Assembly (NCBI GenBank): GCA_951406725.2
Contig: OX597817.1
Span: 109,864,001 to 109,928,000, forward strand
Source: Octopus vulgaris
Lineage: Eukaryota
DNA: 64,000 nt
Direction of reading: 5' to 3'
Shown here: positions 55,535 to 64,000 of the stretch, piece after piece
Layout: the number at the start of each line of letters is the position of its first letter
How positions within the stretch are numbered: the first letter of the stretch is position 1
Program-made: the position numbers and the translations under genes
Notes under the pieces: generated by a model
The model's database searches: none
Seen by the model: the letters and a program-made list of their open reading frames with translations, nothing else
What the model was told of the DNA's origin: nothing

Positions 55535-58080
55535 GAGAGGTTTGAAGACTCTAAAAACTTCTTCACTCAGGAAGTGGTTCTTTTTCTAGTAAATGTAGAA
55601 TATCATTGACTACTTCCGTTGATTGGAAGGCTAATACTTCTCATATGATGGTTAAACAAATTACCGATTCTACACTTCAAGCCTTTGTACCAGTTTTTCA
55701 AAAAAGGAAAGTCTGGAGAGAATTTACTGACACTGTTACCGGAAATGTGAGACAAGCTAATCCGAAGATCCACTTTTTGATGACAGGACAGAGTTAATAA
55801 CAGTTGGCACTTCTAGTTACAGCAATTTCTTGAGAGTTATTATCTCTTCTCAAATGAAATTAGTAAAATATAATTTAGAACAACTTTATCTCAATTGAGT
55901 TTAAATTGATTAACTTTTCTCTTTGTTGAAAAGGAATTGGCAGAAAAATTTTGAATTTTTTGGATTGATTAAAGTAAAAGAAGTTTCTTCTCTCATAAAA
56001 TTTGCTGCATTTGAAATTAATAAAAAAAAGTAAGCTTCTGTGATTCTTGTAAGTAGTTAAGACAGAGACATTCGTTGTCTCAGTCTATAAGTAATTGCAT
56101 AAATAATACTGACACTGTAATGACCCAATATACGTTGATAACGCATCACCGTCTGATCTGTAAGATGGAGAAGAGAAAATAGAAAATTTTTGTTTTCTCT
56201 TTTCATGATAAATAAGAATGACAGAACAATGTTCTTTCATTGTTAAGGTCTAACCTTTGTTTTTCAGAAAAATATTTATTACAGCTGCATTTAATCTGAG
56301 ATCAACAACTCCAGTTCACATCAAAATCATTTCAGTCATGTTCACCAAGTCTCTTAGAGGACCCAAGGTCTACATTACTTAAAATTTCTTTCTCTATTTA
56401 GATGTGGTAGAGTATGAAGTGAGGGATATTCAGAGTTATTTCTAGCAAGCTGTATGTCCCCGCAGAGGTTCCTTCATGTAAACCTAAGGTTATAGGCCTT
56501 CTTGCTATGACTACTGCATTTTTTTCAGTCTCAGTGTATTTTCTACTTCATTATCCAACATGTCCTTAATTTCTTAATACACTACTAATTATTTTATCGT
56601 CTCCAGAAGGTTCAAAAGCATTCTTAACCTCCGAAAGATTTGAATTCAGAACACAAAAGGTCGTAACTAGAGCAAAGGATTTTGTCGGACGCTTTAGCGA
56701 TTGCGCCAAATCCAACTCCGATAACTAGATTTTAAGTATATAAATGATGTTACTTTCCAGTAATGGACAGTATTAGTTTAATAATGGATTATTACGAAGT
56801 TTGGCTGTACGTAAACTTTTCATGTATTAAAATACTTAAAGGGCATCAACGTGTTTTAAAAATCAGTTTTGCTTTTACATTATGCTGATATTGTGCGTAT
56901 CGGTCAGCTTGGGCGGAGTCACGTGAGGATTCGTAAATCACTTATTTTACAGGGATAATTCAATCAGAAATTCTTATTGATCATTTAATGAATTTTACTC
57001 CGGAATTTCATTGACAAAACGGAAATGACAGGGAAAAAAAGGAAAGAAGAAAAAAAAACAAAAAAAAAACAAGGGGGAAATACGAAATTGTGCATTAAGA
57101 TGAAGAGATTTTTTCTGAAATTAATGAGGTTAGCCAATTTATTTTTAAAATGATAAGCTGTTAAAATGTACACATAAGCCAGAGATACACACATTGTTAA
57201 ACACGCTCGCAAACACATATACATGCATACACACACACATATATACACACACACAAAGAAAGAAAGAAAGGAAGAAAGAAAGAAAGAAAGAAAAAAAAAA
57301 GAAAGAAAGAAAGAAAGAAAGGATGACTGACTGAATGAATGAGAAATGATGATCGTATTTCTGCCATGTTAGAACTGATCCAAGATTAAGCAACGATGAC
57401 AGAACCCCAATGGACTTTGTTCTTGAATATCTGTTCTTGAATTCTGTTCTTAAATATCTCTACACAACAAAATTTGATTAGAGCATCAAATTCTCGACTA
57501 CTTTATTTGAATATTTAAAGCAACGGTTTTCAAGAAAGAAACTGCTGCTATAAATCTTTGAATAAGATCAAAAGCCCACTGGGTGACATTAAGAACTCGA
57601 AAAAGGCAATAAACAAATTATATTAGAGGGGTTTTAGAAGGCTATTGGATTATGTTATGAAATCATTAGAGTAACTTCTGGTTCGGGTGGCTTGTAGCAG
57701 AGTTTCTTGAAGCTGGTACCGTGAGATAAGAAGCCTTTTAATAAAATTTAATAAAAATAGTAATGGCGTCATAAGAATTTTATAAACTTTCGAGAGAACG
57801 TGAAATAATTTATTTTTGGAATCATGGTTCTCGAACCACATCATATACAGCGATAAAGAATGGCATGTAAATATTGAGTTGAAAAACCCTTTTAGTTATA
57901 AAAAAATGTCGGATTCACGAACCATTATTCTAAAAGAGAATTTCTTCATGCTCGCTCGAATGTTTTTTTAAATTCTTATGACATCAACAACCTATAATAC
58001 TCGTGGAAAATAAAACAGTTTCTAAAGTGGATTGAGAAATTCAAAGGGTTGCTTTGGTCTAATAAAAATATATTCGATAT

Positions 58081-58225
58081 AGGCGCAAGCGAGGATGAGT
58101 GATAAGACTGGGTTCAGTCCTACTGTGTGGCACATCAATGTATTTTCACTACAAGCCTCGACCAATGTCTTGTGAGTGGATTTAGTAGACGGAGGCTGAA
58201 AGAAGCCTGTCTGCTGCGTTTGTGT
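58081..58225 (+). mobile_element. SINE family A 5' half
   Basis: AGGCGCAAG...GGGTTCAGTCCTACTGTGTGGCAC...TTGTGAGTGGATTTAGTAGACGGAGGCTGAAAGAAGCC, then (TA)n. Confidence 0.82.
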
Positions 58226-58249
58226 ATATATATATATATATATATATAT

Positions 58250-59015
58250 ACATACCTACATACTCCTATACGCACATACATACACACAGACATACACACA
58301 TACACACTCACACAAACATACACACACACATACTTACACACACACTCGCCTGCACGCGCACACACATGCATGACAAACACCCATACAGTCACACTCAAAT
58401 ACGCACACACCAACATAAACACGCACACGCACACACACACCTACACTCCCACACACATACATACACACATACATTACACACGTACACACACACCTACACA
58501 CACACCTACATGCACATGCATACACACACACACACAAACATGCACGGACACACCCAGACATACATACATACACCTATACACACACGCCCACACACCTACA
58601 TACACACACATACATACACATACATACACGGACACACCCATACATACTTACATACATACACCTATACACACACGCCTACACACCTACATACACACACATG
58701 CATACACACACACACACATGTACGCACATACACACACATATACGCACATACATATATACCCACACACATGCACACACACACACATACGCACATGCATGCA
58801 TGCACACGCGCACACCTACACGCATACATGCATACACACACACACACGCACGTACACATACATACATACACACACACATACATACACCCATACACATACA
58901 TGCATCCTACACACACATACATACACACTCATACATACATACACACACACTCACTCACACACCTGTATGTACGCGCACACACATGCACATACACGCACTT
59001 CCACACACCCACACG

Positions 59016-59064
<49 letters not shown>

Positions 59065-60060
59065 CTATGCACACACATATATACACACATACTCACATAC
59101 ATTCATCGGACACACTGACACCCAGACATACACACAGACACACTCACACATCCACACACATACATACTTACGCACACACTCGCAGGCGCGCGCACACACG
59201 CGCTTGCGCCGGTTCGCGCACGCATACGCGCATGCATGCACCTCGCTCTTGGACCCGACGGGACCTCCCGCTCGTTCCTGGGGCCGTCGCCTGTCCTTGG
59301 GTTCTCCCACGCCCGTGTCCGCGGGACCACTCTTCCATCTTCCCCTCAGCTGGAGTCCTTTTTCCTTATAACCCCCCCTTTTTTTGTTACACACACGCGC
59401 ACCCATACATACACCCACTCACACACACACATTGCTTAAATATATACATTACTCTTACACACACTTCAATCTACTCGCCATTAATACAACCACGACACTG
59501 GACACACACACACACTACTACTCAACACACGCTGGCACGTTACATACGCCCCCACCCCTTCCCCTCCCTCCCTTCCTCCTTCCTTCATTTTCTTACTACT
59601 GACCACTGTCTGCTACCTACTACTGTTCGCCCTACCTCACACGCCTACACACAGACGCACACACTAACATATACATATATTTTTTGTTTTTTTATCTCGC
59701 CTCACACACACATACACACACGCACACGCACACACTCACACATACACACACATCTGTTGCGTTACCAACCCTGTCTCCACTCTTTTGGCTTTAAAAACCT
59801 ACTTTGCTCTTGTTATCGTAAACTTCCGCCTTTCTCCATGTGTACTTCGTAAACACCAGTCGTTTTTTTTTCTCCATCTCTTGTTGCCCACTTTGGGATC
59901 TTTCTTTCCTCTCTCTTCCTTCTTTATGTTTCCGACGAAGAGCTCCGCTCGAAACGTCATACCTTCCTGCTTCCATATTTCCTGAGCGCCTATTAATAAT
60001 AATACTGTAATTGTTCCACGTGTTGTTGTTTTTTTGTTTTCCCGTTTGGATTAAAATTAT
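58250..60060 (+). mobile_element. Penelope-like/retrozyme-like remnant: cryptic (CA/CATA) array, GC-rich segment, pLTR-like end with hammerhead motif
   Basis: Bounded by (TA)n at both ends; C/A-rich array, GC-rich island at 59190-59380, pyrimidine-rich tail containing TTTCCGACGAAGAGCTCCGCTCGAAACGTCA. Confidence 0.6.
59926..59963 (+). ncRNA. Minimal type-I hammerhead ribozyme-like motif (U4->C variant)
   Basis: GTTT-CCGACGA-A-GAGC-TCC-GCTC-GAAA-CGTC-ATAC: core boxes, perfect 4-bp stem II, palindromic ACGT stem III, GUC cleavage triplet, stem I GTTT/ATAC (3 of 4 pairs). Confidence 0.65.
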
Positions 60061-60119
60061 ATATATATATATACCACAGAACCGCACAATCCCAAAACTA
60101 GAAACTTTTAATTAAGTAT

Positions 60120-60270
60120 ATAAACGATGGGCTTCTTTCAGTTTCCGTCTATCAAATCCATCCACAGGGCTTTGGTGAGAGGATGATAGGGGTATATTAG
60201 AAAACATTTGCTCAAGGTGCCATACAGTGGGACTATATCCAAGACCACATGGTTGGAAAGCAAGTTGTTC
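60120..60270 (-). mobile_element. SINE family A 5' half
   Basis: CGATGGGCTTCTTTCAGTTTCCGTCTATCAAATCCA...CAAGGTGCCATACAGTGGGACT..ACCACATGGTTGGAAAGCAAG. Confidence 0.82.
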
Positions 60271-60309
60271 CTAAATTTTCTTAAATGTACATTGTTTATT
60301 AATAAATTA

Positions 60310-60590
60310 AAATTATTGTGATGGCAGACATTGCATACTAGTATAACGAAAATGAGATTAATTAAGATAATACACATTGTTTACTAATATGATAAAGAGG
60401 AGACTAATTAAGATAGCAGACTCTGTCTGTTAATGTTACAAAAATATATTATATTGGTAATTCAGATAGCAGATTGTTTATTAATATAACTGAAATATAA
60501 GTAATTAAGACAGTAAACTTGGTTTATTAATATCATTAATATATAAGTAATTAAGATAGCAGACATTACTTATCAATGTGACTGAAGTAA
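60310..60590. repeat. Degenerate 45-50 bp minisatellite
   Basis: TAATTAAGATAGCAGA-like unit recurs about 5-6 times. Confidence 0.7.
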
Positions 60591-60594
60591 CAAA

Positions 60595-60816
60595 GGCAGT
60601 GAGCTGGCAGAATCGTTAGCACATGGGGCAAAATGCTTGGCGGTATTTCGTCCTTCTTTACGTTCGTTCTGAGTTCAAATTCTGCCAAGGTCGACTTTAC
60701 CTTTCATCCTTTTAGAGTCGATGAGATAAAATACCAGTATAACACTGGGGTCGATGTAATTGACTTAGCCCTTCCCTCGAGCTTGCATGCTAATATGTCG
60801 TGCCAAAATTTGAAAC
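60595..60816 (+). mobile_element. SINE family B with about 21-bp TSD
   Basis: Family B consensus; TSD CAATRTGACTRAAGTAACAAA at 60574-60594 and 60817-60837. Confidence 0.9.
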
Positions 60817-61155
60817 CAATATGACTAAAGTAACAAAATTTAAACCAGACGTTATTTGTTGATTTGATCCCTATTGCTGATGACCACTAGCAAGTTCTGC
60901 AATATTTCGTTCCAAGTTTAATAAAAGAAAATCATAAATCCCCACACAACATTAATTCCACTAGTTATAATTTGGGTTACTTCACCATCTTGTACCACAA
61001 GAAAACTTGAGTTACTGCGCTTAAACCAAGCACCACTGGAAAAACATTAAAAATTAATTTGACTTTATTTCACAACAAATGGAATTTCATACAGCATTGT
61101 TACATTTCACACAAGCCTAGATTTTTAAAGATCATCTGTACTTCTTCATTTAAAC

Positions 61156-61523
61156 CAGTGATTCTTAACCGGGATCTATATAACCTCTGGGTGTTCACAT
61201 AAGATTTCTGGTGGGGTACGCGAGCAAAATAGTAAACTGGGGGTCCACAGTAGTATTGTAAGAGTCCATGGAAAAGATTTAGTACAAGACATATTTATGC
61301 ATTGCGTGAAACAGCTAAATTTCTTTCTCTAATGCTTTACATAATTCAACATGCTTCCGGTTTCTGAAGCATGTTCTCACAGAGAGTGTTATTGCAAATC
61401 TACACAAATGAATGAGAAAAAATAGGAATTTAGAAAGACGTGTCTACAAAACTAGTTTTTAAATATAGAACGGCTACGAGGGACCACTAAGGTAAAATAG
61501 TCCATAATGTCTAAGAACCACTG
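61156..61523. mobile_element. hAT-type MITE
   Basis: TIRs CAGTGATTCTTAA / CTAAGAACCACTG; 8-bp TSD ATTTAAAC / ATGTAAAC (nnnTAnnn). Confidence 0.85.
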
Positions 61524-62207
61524 ATGTAAACTATACTGTTTAAATTCTATACACTACATTGCCACATTTTCATTTGGCCATCTACAGCAACACATTTGTT
61601 ATCAATTTTAATTAGTTTCCAATGATCGACAGTGGTATTTATTTTACGAAATCCCCTGAAGCTTGTTGTAAATTCATTTATTTGAAACAGGGCCGACTTG
61701 CACTAAAATAAGCACAAATATATTTTACATAAGTTTCTTGCTTAGGAACAAATTGACGTGTTTATCGATGGAAAATAAAATTTTGCGTTGATCATACTTC
61801 TTCCTAAATATTAACGGCATGAGTGAAATACGCTAACTGGTTCAAGAACCGAAACTATATAGCGGATATAGTTCGCTGACAACTTCCAATTCAAGGAGGA
61901 AGATTGTCAGCATTGTTAGAGCGTTGGATGAGATGCATTGTAATATTTATGGCGGCTCTTTGCGTTCGCTGAGTTTATGGGGGTGATATATTTAATCTAT
62001 CGTCCGGTTTTACAACTCCATTTTGTCCATGGGTGATTTCAACGGAGTTCGCTCTTTTGAAGTATTCGGGCCAGGATTACGTTTCTAGTCCTAGAAAATA
62101 ATTAAGTGCCATAGATGCTCCCCAACCATCTCTCAAAAACTAAATAGTAAAAAATTTCAGATGCCGTCATAGTCGACTCTGATTTTTATTCCCTCAAAAA
62201 CAATGAA

Positions 62208-62425
62208 ATATTGGTTTCAAATTTTGGCACAACGCCAGCGATTTCAGGGAAGGGGCTAAGTCGATCACACCGACCCAGGTGCTCGACTGATACTAATTTA
62301 ACGACCATGAAAGGATGAAAGGCAAAGTCGACCTCAGTGGAATTAGAACTCAGAACGTAAAGACGGTCGAAATGCCGCAAAGCTCTTTGACCGGCGTGCT
62401 AGCGTTTCTGCCAGCTCGACGCCAG
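62208..62425 (-). mobile_element. SINE family B
   Basis: ATATTGGTTTCAAATTTTGGCACA...GAAAGGATGAAAGGCAAAGTCGACCTC...GTGCTAGCGTTTCTGCCAGCTCG. Confidence 0.88.
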
Positions 62426-62990
62426 CGAAATCAATAAAATATTGACAAAAAACATATACAGAAACAAAACTACAGACAAAGCATATATAGAAATAAACAA
62501 TTTGTGACCTTGTGTCAGTGCAAGAAACCGTTATTATAATTGCTGTCAGTTGTAAAGCTAGATCATAAAATATGTATTCCATTGAGGATTAGTGTGTCAA
62601 AATGTCCTGCACATCCTGTCTAAATGTTTAAATGCAGATATTAATACGATAATAATTTTTCTACAGAGCGGAAATTTTTTATTTTCTCATATCTATCTAC
62701 GCTACGTTACTATTCATTTTATTTCTGATCAGCAAGTCTCATTTCCGAATGTGTACACGGTACCGAACTGGATGCACACTAAAATCCTCTAAGACACCAA
62801 ATAACGATCGGAGATAGAAACGTGATATAAATATTACAAATTGTTTATTTTCTGAACAAGAGGTTAATAGTCTGAATACTTTTAGTCTTAAAACAATTAA
62901 GTTGTCCTTTCTTGTTAACTTTTTTTATTTTTTTTTAAGATGTACTTGCATAGCAGGTGATTTGATCTGAGATCGTGTGCTGAAACGAAG

Positions 62991-63180
62991 ACAATTGCAG
63001 CGTGGAAGGTGTTTGTAAGCCATTTAAGAAACACACAAAAGCCGTTCGATTCACTTCAACATTTAAGTTTAATTTGTCAATTAATTTGTTAATTAAACTT
63101 AAACTTAAATGTTGAAGTGAATCGAACGGCTTTTGTGTGTTTCTTAAATGGCTTACAAACACCTTCCACGCTGCAATTGT
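62991..63180. repeat. Perfect inverted repeat, 82-bp arms, 26-bp spacer
   Basis: 62991-63072 is the exact reverse complement of 63099-63180. Confidence 0.97.
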
Positions 63181-63271
63181 TTTTTTTTTATATATATGAC
63201 AAAAGAATAAAAAATTTAATTCCTTTTCCCTGAGCTCGTTCCTGCAAATGTATTAAAATTAATAATAATTA

Positions 63272-63482
63272 TTAGTTTTTCAGTCGCGTTTGTTTGTTTG
63301 TTCGTTTGTTTGTCTGTGGACAAAATATCTCAAGAATCGCAGGATGAAACTTTCAGGAATGTTTGGCCTCGTGATTTTGGATCAATCGAGTACCGGACAA
63401 GGATTCTGGATTATTTTTCCGATTTCTTTACTTAATTTTTGAGAGTGGTCGGTTTCATTTTTAGTATTCACGTTTGTGAGAG
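63272..63482 (+). mobile_element. Probable non-autonomous Helitron/Helentron (DINE/HINE-like) fragment
   Basis: TTTTCAGTCGCG(TTTG)n TCTGTGGACAAAATATCTCAAGAA..GGATGAAACTTTCAGG resembles the GTYT-microsatellite architecture of these elements; termini not seen. Confidence 0.5.
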
Positions 63483-63957
63483 CAGGTGTTTATGAATGGT
63501 TAAAGGACCAAATCCAAGCTTCTCTGCTAGTTCCTCAACATTTATGATGGGACTTTGTTCCACCAAGGTTTGCAGGACGTACTTGTCGAGCACTACAGAT
63601 CTTCCAGAACGAGTCTTGTCTTCTAGGTTGTACTTTCCGGCTCCGAATTTCTGGAACCAACATTGTCATTGGCTTATGCTTTTTGTCCGATCCCCATATA
63701 CTGCATTAATATTCTTCGCACTTTCTGTTGCGTTATTGCCTTTCTTGAACTCTTAAAGAAAAATATGCCGAATATGCTCCTTCGTCACTTCCATTATAGC
63801 TTTAAAGAAATAACTATTAAGATCAAAATTTGCAATAAGAACAAGGTAAAATTACTACCTGCTTTTATAGCAACTTGATGCAGGTAGTTTATCCCGTCCC
63901 CCTCCCACTTTTAGTTCATGCAATTGAAAATACCGCTTTATTAATGAGATTACCCAA
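63483..63957 (-). mobile_element. Mariner transposon 5' part (N-terminal HTH, pseudogenised)
   Basis: From ATG at 63794: MEVTKEHIRHIFL*EFKKGNNATESAKNINAVYGDRTKSISQ*QCWFQKFGAGKYNLEDKTRSGRS..LVEQSP..VEELAEKLG...TIHKHL; TIR-like end near 63935-63957. Confidence 0.9.
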
Positions 63958-64000
63958 AAATTAAAATTGGAAATAGGTTGTTTGCTTTAGGGTTTTGTTT

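Noticed and set aside
58127-59852. Long His/Thr-rich ORFs (298-414 aa)
   Set aside because: Translation of a CA/CATA-rich array, which lacks stop codons by composition.
60310-60590. CRISPR-like repeat-spacer array (also considered for 32822-32970)
   Set aside because: Units are degenerate along their whole length with related spacers, the context is eukaryotic and no cas genes are present.

Overview
AT-rich, microsatellite-saturated eukaryotic DNA. The SINE families and repeat landscape look like octopus (coleoid cephalopod) genomic DNA; this rests on my recognition of the repeats, not a database search. I see no recognisable host protein-coding gene, rRNA, genuine tRNA or CRISPR array, and almost all ORFs in the track are translated microsatellites. 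The window reads as an intronic or intergenic transposon graveyard. It holds about 30 tRNA-derived SINE copies from at least four families (called A-D here), a 5'-truncated Tx1/L1-clade LINE with a perfect 16-bp TSD, and two R4/Dong-like RLE LINE 3' ends. It also holds a decayed Mag-type Gypsy element with both LTRs and a PBS, mariner and maT remnants, two hAT/Buster elements with 8-bp TSDs, and a Penelope-like remnant carrying a minimal hammerhead-ribozyme motif. The most interesting signal is a family of Tx1-type 3' tails sharing a covarying stem-loop: two copies sit at (GATA)n tracts and two sit inside the tRNA-derived heads of two different SINE families, one of them as the tail of a SINE. 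Several fold-back palindromes are also present, including one with perfect 82-bp arms. Coordinates were counted by hand and may be a few bases off, especially for degraded elements.
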